Shown here in pieces: positions 50,240 through 61,150 of a DNA stretch of 64,000 bases (its first letter is position 1; each line of letters begins with the position of its first letter). Source of the stretch: Adineta vaga. Taxonomy: Eukaryota > Animalia > Rotifera. Made by a program: the position numbers and the translations under genes. Where the stretch lies: the NCBI GenBank assembly GCA_021613535.1, contig CP075492.1:14384001-14448000 (forward strand), in the 5' to 3' direction. Below the pieces are notes generated by a model that searched no databases, had not been told where the DNA came from, and saw only the letters and a list, made by a program, of their open reading frames with translations.

Positions 50240-51035
50240 TTATCTATTCCTTAGCTGACACATTCGATTAACAGACATTTTATTGTTTGAACTTTCGTTT
50301 TCGGTAAATAATAAATTCGAAACTATCAAATAGTTATTGACTATAATTGTGGAATACAACACGAATATGAACAATGTAACTTACATTTGAATAAGATCTG
50401 CATATATTTTATATTAACCCTTTCACAATCTTAATTACATGTTTATGGCGAGTCGGATTGCATCATATTTATTCTAATATGTAACCAAATTCTTCGGAAA
50501 GGTTGTCGCTTTCCTAAGTTGTTCATTTTGATGAATTAGAACTACTCATCCCTATCTAGAATCTTTGACCGATCGATTATAAAGTATAATTCTCGTACTG
50601 TAAACTTTTACAAAAACAAAATTATATAATAGTCATTTCATTGATTGAACACTTTCTCCACGATTCTCTTAATAGAATAAGAAAGATATGATTGGAATGA
50701 ATGTTTTATGAATAAATATGTTTATTTAAAAGAGAACAAATGAAAGATTTCTTTGAGTAGTAAGGCAATAGATTTTAGAAATATCGAAAACAAAATTCAC
50801 AATGATTATGATCTTTCGAAAAGATGTAATTGAAAACTTAATGTTCATCATAAATATAATCATACGAACACATTCTCAGTGTATGAAAAATAGCATAAAA
50901 TATAATAAGATCTTCAGAATAAAAGGAATGCTATAAGAGAAATAAACTTAATTTTTTTATTAGAGATATGAAGATACAAACGAACTTGAACAACAATAAA
51001 ATTTAAACTACGACATAGACTTTTTCTATCACTGT

Positions 51036-52076
51036 TCAGTGCAAAACGTTTTTCATGTCTTTTTCATCCAATTTGATTTCTTCGCGATTCAAAAGTTCTA
51101 TCCTTTCTCCATCACCTGATGTGAGTGGTTGAGTAGTTGTATTCATAATATCTGCTAAACTACTCAAACTTCGTTTTGTTTTCTTCCGTTGTCTTTTCAA
51201 ACAATATACAGATTCTGATATAGCATTCCTAATCGAAGGTGTCTGTAAAATTGTGATGATATGAATAAAACTCATTCCAATCGCGATAAATAAATAACTA
51301 AGACGATAAGTAAGAAAATGTGTTCGATATTGATTTGCTATTGTTTGAAAGAAAAGTATTAGATAGGCAATACCTAAAAACATTAATGAAAATGTTGGTA
51401 AAATCATACGTTTAAGCATTGTAATATTTCGATCTATAGTTCGTCGACGTCTAATAGTGGCAGAAGTTGTTTGTCTAGCATAGATATAAATCCAAGTATA
51501 GATACTAATAAAAACCGCTATAAATACTCCATATACGGCGACTGCAATATAAGTAACTGAAAGAGGTTTCGTAAATGGAATTGGACAGAAAAATTCACTT
51601 GGTATGTAGACGAATGATTGTGAATATAACATTGGATAGATGAGTAGAAAGGAAAATATCCATTGAAAGACACATAAACAGATAAATGTCATGTAACTAG
51701 ATTGTTTTCGATAAAAAATGACTTGTAAAAGTCGATAATAAGCTTGAAGACAATAACTAGTGTAGAGCAAAGAGAATCCAGTAAAGAGAAAATAGGAACG
51801 AATTGGACAGAAAATCTTTTGATCCTTAATACTTTCTATGGTAGTATTGGACGAAAAGTCATGCGAGATAATGTAACCATAGATAATAAGATTACTAAAA
51901 CAAAGTTCGATCGTACAAGCACATGTATTAGCAAGTAAAAGATTTGTAATAATATGTTGACGAGTGAATTTACGAACAATAATGATTAAAATAAGACATG
52001 AAGTAAAAATTCCACTAAGCAATGAGACTATACCAATAAGATCAAGAAGAATAAAAAGATTACGATGGGATGACAT
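51036..52076 (-). CDS. Rhodopsin-like orphan GPCR
   Basis: Seven hydrophobic segments; NLLLANTC, FCPIRSY, QAYYRL. Confidence 0.85.
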   Translation of the reverse strand: MSSHRNLFILLDLIGIVSLLSGIFTSCLILIIIVRKFTRQHIITNLLLANTCACTIELCFSNLIIYGYIISHDFSSNTTIESIKDQKIFCPIRSYFLFTGFSLLYTSYCLQAYYRLLQVIFYRKQSSYMTFICLCVFQWIFSFLLIYPMLYSQSFVYIPSEFFCPIPFTKPLSVTYIAVAVYGVFIAVFISIYTWIYIYARQTTSATIRRRRTIDRNITMLKRMILPTFSLMFLGIAYLILFFQTIANQYRTHFLTYRLSYLFIAIGMSFIHIITILQTPSIRNAISESVYCLKRQRKKTKRSLSSLADIMNTTTQPLTSGDGERIELLNREEIKLDEKDMKNVLH

Positions 52077-52588
52077 AATTCTAGAATAGATAATCTTCTG
52101 AAATAGTTCATAAGTTTTCTTTTTTCAATGGATCGTAAACAGTCATCGTTCCACAAGAAACTGGAGAGATTTGTTTTACATCCTCATCTACTTGGCTATT
52201 TCATAGAAATGAAAAATATAACTAATAATTCTTGTTCATAAGTTTTATGAATTTGAGTTCGCATCAATTGTATATTCAAAATCTTTGATGAGCATGACTA
52301 GAGTATAATCGTATATATTCTTTTATTCAATCTGAAATGAAAAGAATACATAATAATAGTAATCCGTATTCATGTCATTCATATAGTAACATCAATAAGG
52401 AAGAAAAAACGGCACCTTCTTTTCTCGCAATGATACTATCTGCTTTTTGTCTTTCATTCTCTTAAAAGATGTTTTTATGTCAATACATCACATGAGAACA
52501 TATAAATGAAAATCTTACACTGACACTTTCATAGATTAAAGTATTCTAAAAAAAATTGAATGTATACTAAGAGAACTATTCAACAAGT

Positions 52589-54578
52589 TTATGAATATTC
52601 AGTCAATCGACGAATATTTTCTTCTATTATTTTATAATAGGAATGTTCATTGGACACAAATTTTTCATACATATTCATTGCATGTTGATAATAATCTCGA
52701 GCCATAGATATTTGATTTTGTTTTTCATAACAAAGTCCAATATTATTTAAAGTTTTACCGATTTCAAGATGACCAGATGGATGACATTTTTTTTGTATAT
52801 CCAATGCTTTTTGATAATAATCAAGAGCTTGTATATGTTGTTCTTGATCGAAATGAACAACTCCGAGATTATTATAACTTTGAGCAATATCAACATGATC
52901 ATGTAAATAGTATTTTTGACGAATTTCTAATGCTTGTTGATAATAATCTAAAGCTACTGTATAGTTTCCTTGACATTTTAAATCATTACCAATATTATTA
53001 AGACTTGTAGCAATACTTGGATGAGCAGATTGATAAATTTTCTTTTTAATTTCTAATGCTTGTTGATGATAATTAAGAGCATCCTCATACTTTCGTTGCA
53101 TGTACAAACTATTACCAATATTATTAAGACTTGAAGCAACACTTACTTCATCAGATGAACAAAATTTTAACTTCATTTTTAATGCTCGTTGATGATATTC
53201 AATAGCTTGATCATAAATACCTTGATCATTAAAAAGCAGACCGATATTATTGAAGACACAAGCTGAATCTTTAATTCGAGCGGGTATTTCTGTCATCATT
53301 ACATCATATGCACAATTATAATAGTATCGTGCTTCTTCCCATTGACCTTTCAAATGAAAAATTCGTCCAAGATTATGTTCAATCCATGCTATATCTTCAC
53401 CATTGGGATTTTGTAATAGTTGTTCAAAATATTTTTGTGATTGATCATATTTACCTAAATCACACATTAATTTTCCAAAAACAATCGTTGCACTTTGTTT
53501 TTCGGTTTCTTTTTGTGTTAACTGAATAAAATGTTTCGTTATTTGTTCTCCTTCATTAGATACTTTCATTCTTATGATTCGTAATGATTGTTCTTCTTAG
53601 TGCAAAACCATTTGCTTTTGAACGATTTCGACTTGTTGATAAATAGCCATTGGTTGAAATTAATTGACCTTGATTTTGTTTTAAACGATGAAATTCTTCT
53701 TTATCAAGATGAACTCCTCGATAAACAGTAAACATTTCTTCGTTGGATGATAAAAGTTTTTCATGTTCGTTTTCAAGATTTTTGGAAAGATCACCAACGA
53801 AAAAGCGAAATACATAAAGTAATTCAATATCTTCTGTTCGCAAGGCTTTATTAATTAATTTATACACAAAAGAATCTTTTGTATACCATCGAATGGCTTC
53901 TTCAGGTTGATATTCTTGTTCGAATTGATCAATTAATTTCAATTCTTTCGTATTTCCATGATAGTATTGTCGACATATTTCAATCATTTGTTGTTTTGAT
54001 TGTTGATTTCTTGGTAGACGATTAATGATATGATGAAAAAGTTGAAACCAAAGAAATTCAGTTGATTCTCTCGAAAGATCTCTTGTCGCTTTTTGTCGTT
54101 GATCAAAAAAACTAAATGTTTGGAGTTGTTTATCGATTAGATTCGTTTGACATTTTATTGCTTGGCATAAATCATTAATTTGAACATAAATACCATTGAT
54201 TTTTGAATATTCATCGATTAAATATTCATATCTCGATTTTTTCATACAGAAAATAAATATTGAATCAATTTGTCGAAGTGAAGCTACACGAGGTAAAAGT
54301 TGAGAAGCTTTTGATCCAGATGTAATTAATAAAATTGTTTCCTTTTCAACGGATTGAATAAATTTCACACATTCTTCTAAATCTGTATGAAAGATAACAT
54401 AATCATTGATACATCGAAGCATTTTTTGTGTTTCTAAAGTATCTTCACGTGATCCAATATTTGGATCAAACCAAAGTAATGTTGTACCTTCTTTATTTTC
54501 ATTGTGCACATTACAGGTTGAATTATTATTATTAGAAACATTTTGAGTGGATTTGTTAGACGAAACGAATTGTCCCAT
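52589..54578 (-). pseudogene. ADP-ribosyltransferase (R-STS-E type) + TPR gene with the catalytic region deleted and a frameshift
   Basis: MGQFVSS; AIRWYT..SF.Y..INKALR, VYRG, GYLSTS present; jumps out of frame at ~53580 to IIRMKVS with no ExE loop; ~7 TPRs (A.SLNNIG..Y..AL.Y.Q.AL). Confidence 0.8.
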
Positions 54579-54785
54579 GTTCCTCTGAATGAATGTACGA
54601 TGATGACGTGACGAATATGTAAATAAGCATACAAAATAAAAAGGATTACAAATTTCCAACTTGGTTTGTTGCTTAGTAACATTTTTCATTCTTTTATTCA
54701 ACATTTGCACATATAAGAAAAAAATACATCTCCCTTTTTCTTTATGTCCTATAAGAATTCTTTGTTGATTACCCTCAGGAAATAG

Positions 54786-55428
54786 TTAGATCAAATTCCG
54801 ACGTCGTGAGAGAAGGTTCAGGCATTGTTGACGAAGACTATTTCGAAATAATTGACTTGTTAATGTATTAATATAATATAACCATCGAGCAACGTAACTA
54901 GACGTATAAAATATTATAAGTTGGTATGGATCGTTTGGCAATGGATTAAGATAAAGGATAACAAATAGTAGATTTAAAAATACCGTAAGGATAACCTGAA
55001 CTAAAACCATGCATAGTATAAGAGACCTATGACGATTATGTACAGTTCTTGGATTTGATTTTGTTTTTGATTAACACGATTTCAACGTCGTTTCATATTA
55101 TAGTAAATTAATAAACCAAATACACATAAGAAAAATAGAATAATAAGTCCATCAATAATGAGAAATATAGTTGACGAACCAAGTACAACTTGACGTTCAT
55201 AGTTCATTGCTATGGGAATTCATAAAACATCATAAGCAATTGGATAATGTAATGCAAGCATTGCCCATGGTAGAACTCGAAGTTGTTTTTGAAGAAATGT
55301 TATGATATTTAACCAAGCACCACATGTACCAATAACATAAAGAATGACAAGTACGTATCTATTGATTTCTTGTATAATTGACAATGCTCGAAATAGATCA
55401 TTGGTGGATGCACTGTTGAATTCGACAT
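54786..55428 (-). pseudogene. Orphan GPCR pseudogene
   Basis: EINRYVLVILYVIGTCGAWLNIITF...; YYINTLTSQLFR; frameshifts and large internal deletions. Confidence 0.65.
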
Positions 55429-55790
55429 TACTTCGATGTGAAATGAAACTAACTCTTCAATATCAAAAGAGAGAGTTTTTATGGTAATATAAGACCAGAA
55501 AAGTAATTAAAGAAAGAGAGATAGAGAGAGACCTACGGAAATAGAATCGGTTATATTTTCTAAGCAGGTTGATATTAATGAATAGTAACAGGAAAAAGAT
55601 TCTTTTTTTTTAATTATATAGATTATAATAGACTTATCTTTTCATCAAAAGATATTTGATTATTTCTCTCGAGTATCACATTACAAGTCTTGCTTTTTTC
55701 TATGAATTTATTAAACTATAAATAGACAACATCATTTGATAAAATGAAATTCTTATGTTTATGTTTATATTATACTCGATGCTCAATATG

Positions 55791-56371
55791 TTACAAAACG
55801 TTTAACGATATTGCCGTTGGTTGTTGTTCAGTTTGCAATTCTTGACCAAAACGTTCTCTTAACATTTGTATTGATATAGCTGTAGTTAATAGTGATATTC
55901 CATGCAAAAGATAAAGACTAGCAAGCCATTTCGATGGTTTTTTCCATTGCCATTTCCATTGAACAGTAGATATATCTTTTTTCGCACGATAACATGGATA
56001 CGTTTGATATATCTAAAACAACAAAAAAGACTTCATAGTTCTTTGTATATATTCTGATACTTTATATAAATTTGCTTCGCTCCTTGCGCGTTCTTCTGTA
56101 AAATAACCATTTGATGCCATAAAACTATCGGTTTTTGTTTCATTTTCATGCCATACTGTGATATTCCAACTTGGATAAGACATAACTATGGTTTTATTTA
56201 CTCCAATAGATGTCACTTGACATAGATCAATGATAAATGTATGTGATTTATACAATTCTTTAAGACCAGAACCAAGAGACGACAAGAACATGAGATGAAA
56301 AGTTTAAGGAAAAAATTATTTTCTTTGGCTATGAACTTCTTCACCTTAAAACATGAAATCGAAGATGACAT
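55791..56371 (-). CDS. Small probable membrane protein (2+ exons; 5' part unclear)
   Basis: ORF 56013-56291 splices (GT ~56061, AG 56013) to IYQTYPCYRAKK...WLASLYLLHGISLLTTAI...stop 55791. Confidence 0.35.
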
Positions 56372-56564
56372 GTTGTCTGCAGTGTTACGTACAACAATTT
56401 TATCATTACCCTACGTCTCTTTAGATTTGCTTTTCTTTTCATAGATAGATGAGTCATCGAAAATGTTCGGAATATGACCTCTTGACCGATGTATCAACTA
56501 TATATTTTTGAACATCGTATTCAACCATAGGGTTAAGAAATAGGTACACATCAAGTTTTTTCTC

Positions 56565-57560
56565 TCAAGGATCATTATGCATTGTTGGTACAATTGTGAC
56601 AGGTGCTGGGCGTATCCGAGGCCTTTTCTGCATGAAATATCGCGTGAATTTGTGGATTGCTTGACAAAATGATTGACGAAAGGAAGCAGACGAAATAATA
56701 AATAGAAAGAATGGTGACACATTATTGATATATAATACATAATTACTAGTTACAGAGAAAATAATTGATTCGATAGCAATACGTTCTGGATTTTTTTCAG
56801 TCCAATGTGTTATAGCTGAATAAAGAACATTCGCTGGATAGAATAAATTAGTAATGACATACATCAGAACAAGTGCTATAAGCATTCGTATAAATTGTCG
56901 ATCACGTGATTTTAATCTTGATGTTCGAATAATTGATGCTTGAATACGATGATGTAATAGACGTAAATTTCGAATTGTTAATGAAATAAATGTCACCATA
57001 AAAACAATGGGTAAGAGGCCAACAACAAGAAAAAAATATATAGCAAATGGAATGATATAAGATTCAATATTAATACATTGATTCTTTTGAATAGTAGTAA
57101 AGAATGGCATGTGTATTGCAATTAATGGCCAACTAGGAGGAACGATTAATATAGTCCATTTAACGTATTGCGATCGACATAGAGAACGTAAACTTGTTTG
57201 AGACGACGATAATGAAAATGAAGCAATACAAGCGAGAATAATATAAGTTCGAACAATCATTAAGAAAATATGTCGAATATATAATCGTAGTTTACAAAAA
57301 ATCATCGAATATGTATCTGGACTAATATGATCAAGTGAATAAAGACTCGTTCCAATGCCATAAACAAGTACGATAATATTGAAAATCGATGCTGCTGTAA
57401 ATAAAAGTGATATACCATTCGAACGAAGTGGTTTTTGACAAAAAACAATACACGAGAAGGTATTTCCTAATAGTCCAAGAACTAATGGTATAACTAAACT
57501 ACGTGTTATTTGTTTTTGAACAACAGCTAAAGTAATTATCAAAGTTGTATTCGTTGCCAT
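56565..57560 (-). CDS. Rhodopsin-like orphan GPCR
   Basis: LGLLGN, FCKLRLY, RDRQFIRML, NLFYP, PFFLF..SS.SFR; seven TM segments. Confidence 0.85.
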   Translation of the reverse strand: MATNTTLIITLAVVQKQITRSLVIPLVLGLLGNTFSCIVFCQKPLRSNGISLLFTAASIFNIIVLVYGIGTSLYSLDHISPDTYSMIFCKLRLYIRHIFLMIVRTYIILACIASFSLSSSQTSLRSLCRSQYVKWTILIVPPSWPLIAIHMPFFTTIQKNQCINIESYIIPFAIYFFLVVGLLPIVFMVTFISLTIRNLRLLHHRIQASIIRTSRLKSRDRQFIRMLIALVLMYVITNLFYPANVLYSAITHWTEKNPERIAIESIIFSVTSNYVLYINNVSPFFLFIISSASFRQSFCQAIHKFTRYFMQKRPRIRPAPVTIVPTMHNDP

Positions 57561-58515
57561 TGATGCTAAAAAGACTTCGAATGTTTACATTATGACTTTA
57601 TGACGATAAACTAGAAGAAGAAGAAGAAGAAGTTCAACAAACACCTGCAAGTATTTCCTCTTATATATTTATATCATGAATTATAGTGAGTTATTTAAGG
57701 AAATACATTTTATTCCTTTCTTTTTTGTTTATTAATTTTCCTAAAAAGAAACATGAAAGAGTGGTAAAAGTAAAATCTAGTCGTGCAAAATATAATAAAT
57801 TCTAACTGAATACTAATGCGATAACCATAATGGAGGAAAACATATCCACTCACATTCTTTATACTCGTCTTAGCTCACCAACATAACTACATATAAATAA
57901 GTTTTTCTTCTTCCTCTTTCAATTACATCAGTTATTATTCGAGGTTTATGAATATGTCTCATATCATCTCAGAAAGGATTAAATGAACCTACTGATAACT
58001 TATTTAGAATATATTCTATCAATACAAAAGTCAGATATGTTTTTTTTTTGAAACTTAGAAACTTCGTATTGTATAAAGAATAAAAAGTCGTATTCAATAA
58101 TAACTTGCATCGCTCTGGGTCTCATAAATATACGGAAGTCCATTCTGATCATCACTTTTTTTTTCTATTTTCAGACACTAATTAAACTTCGCTGCTTGAC
58201 TCCATATCGAATAAATTAGTATAAGCCAAAACTATTGTAGAAAATGCAGCTAGATGTAACTTACTTGTAAAACTAATTTTGATAATATAACTAGTTTTTT
58301 TTCTTTTTGTTCGAGAAGGAAAAAAGATTAGTCTTTACGTGTCTATTCAGTTTTAATCTTTTTATAGCTTCATCACGCATACTTTCTTTTCTATTCTGTT
58401 TGAAATATTGTCATTAGAAGACAGAAATCTGTAATCCGTTCAAATGAAGAAGGATATTTTTATTCAATTTTGAAAAAATCGAAATAAAATAAAAATAAAT
58501 CTTCAATATCGAACT

Positions 58516-59966
58516 CTATTGTTGTTTTTTTTCTGACATTGAATTTTTTGATGTATAGATAAATGGATGATCTTGTGATGGACATTCAAATGGTTCACCT
58601 TGATGCCATGAAGTTTTTTTTGCACCAATTGGTTCGAACATATTATTCCAAAGAGATAAGGATGCAACAGCATGACCTTTGGCTAAAATAAGAGCAAAAA
58701 AAATGTTGAATAGAATTGAAAAATTAGAATAATTTACCGCTGAAATGGAAACAATCAGGAGCAAAATAACTGAAATCAATCTTATTAGCTTTTCGAGGAG
58801 GTGTGGTTTGTGATAAGAATGGTTGAACAACAACAGTAAAATCATCTCGACCATCATAACGACCACTGTTTATTAAATCAACAACGCCTTGTTGATATTG
58901 AGGAATCCATTCACTTAAAGTTTTTTCTTGATCTTCAGTTGGATATGCAGCACATGGACATACTGATTTATGAAGAATTTTACAAACAAAATTGCCATCT
59001 TTAAGTTCTCGTACTGGACGAACATCGAGAATAAGAACAACATTAACTAATGTTCGAGGTAAATTGGCATTGTATAAACGATCGAGTGTATCACGAATCC
59101 AACCAATATAATTTGCTGGATCATGTTTTTCCATATCAGTACAGAAATCACACAGATCATTACCCTATAAGATCATGCAAAAATAATAAATAATATCGAG
59201 AGAAAAGAAAGAATCTTTACCCCAATGAAGAATGTAATCATTTTCCAATCATTATCCCAATCACATAATTTTCCATTTTTTAAACGATCCAAAAGAAGAT
59301 CAGCTTGATCTACCATATGATATGAACGAGCACCAGATTTGGCTAAAATCAAACAAAAATAAAAGTTATTATTTAGATAAAGAAAAATACATTTTACATA
59401 CCAACATTTAATCCATTATGTTTAGCATTTTGACCATTAAGAAATGAAATGGAAGTTTTTGTTGAAAAACCTTTCAAATTAGGATTATACAAACGAAGAA
59501 TATTAGGTAAGGATAACACTTTTTTATAAGAATCATCACCACCAACCGACCAAGAACGACCTAAAAATATGAAACAAATAAATCTTAACGCAATATGAAT
59601 TTTATTACCTCGACTTTCTAAAAGTACACCAACGGGAGTAATAGCACGAGCACCCATACCAGCTGTAATACTATCACCCATACCAGCAATACATTGAATA
59701 TCACCAGGTCGAAGAGCATGTACTGATGTTGGTACTTCTACACTTTTCATTCCTTCTGTTGAACAAGGAAATGGTGGTGGAGTTGGACCATCGATATAAT
59801 CTGGCTGTGAAAATAATTCCAATGACCATTTCGTATATTCTTCAACAAACTTTTCATCAAGTGCCAATTCTTCAACAGTTGTAGCATATTCTGTTAAATT
59901 CAAACTATTCACATTTCTCCAAGAGAGAACGAGAAGAGATACGAGAAAAATCGAAGCTCGTGTCAT
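58516..59966 (-). CDS. Phospholipase B1-like GDSL lipase, secreted (multi-exon)
   Basis: PTSVHALRPGDI, GDSITAG, WSVGG, LPNIL..YNP, GNDLC, VVQPF, FAPDCFHFS..GH, LWNNM. Confidence 0.9.
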
Positions 59967-60983
59967 TCTTATCAATATTTTGGTCGATTTATGAAATAAA
60001 AGAAAAATGTTCTTGGTTTATAATAACCTAATTTTTCAATAAAGAAAAGAAAAATAAGTCGATTTTTTTACAGATGTCTTCTCTCTCATTGTGCTACAGA
60101 TAGTTTAATTAGAATGTTAAAAAAAACATTTTTGTTTTCAATCTTCATCAGATGCAAATATTTCCATCTAATTTTAGATAGGTGAAGGTGTAGATATAAG
60201 AAATTTACAAAAAAAAACACATTCGAAAGTATTGAATGCAAATAAATTATATGTATGACCTTATAAGAAGAACACAACCGCAATGTGAAACAGGTAAAGA
60301 TGAGGAAGATGTATCATATGCAACAGTCACCAATATATTCAATAGGGATGCACATTAATCAAGTCTATTTTTGATTAATGATTAAATACACTAATATCAT
60401 GGTTTTAGAAAAACAAGACTATGTTAATCATATACTTATTATTTTATTTTGAATGTTGGAATAGTTCTGATTAATCAAACTGAATGAAGGACGTTATTAT
60501 TGATTCGGAAGTATTTATTACTTTTTCTGTATAGAATATATGCTGGGGACAACAATATATTGAATCACATTAACGAAGATCTTAGTTGTATTTTTTTTTA
60601 TATCAACTGTTCGTAATATATCGGATTTTCAAAACGAACAATTGAAAATATGGTCTATCGACTCTTTACTAAATGTTCATATTGGCAGAAGTATAGTGAA
60701 CTTGTTTTTCTGTTATTCTATTTAATCACAGTGACTCGTAGTCTGATACGATAAATGCTTTCGAACGTTCTATAACAGCATTTGTCTATACTATTACACA
60801 ATATCGGTGTTTCGATTGCAAAGAACTGGTTTTTATTTGTCTTATTCCTATTTTAACAATATTGTGTATCCATTACAAAAATATGATCAATCGTAAAGAA
60901 AATCCATCTATTCGGTTTATCTTTGGTCGTTTGCCATCTTGCCATGTGACAATAGTTTCACATCAACAAACTGCTGCACGAAA

Positions 60984-61058
60984 GGGTGTGGGTGGGTGTC
61001 GATGTGTGTGAAGAAGGTATGCCCACATCCACACCCACCCACACCCACACCCACACCC
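60984..61058. repeat. Palindromic telomere-like repeat (GGGTGT.../...ACACCC)
   Basis: Arm 60984-61008 pairs 23/25 with 61022-61046; extra CCCACA units extend to 61058. Confidence 0.8.
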
Positions 61059-61150
61059 TTATCAATAGAGGCAATCATAGAATTTCTGAATAGTTTATTA
61101 ATCATTTCGTTAAATTAAATATGAAAAGTCTGATATTTTATCTTATATGA

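Noticed and set aside
60917-61105. ORF with GVGVGVGGCGCG
   Set aside because: Translation of the telomere-like palindrome, not a plausible gene
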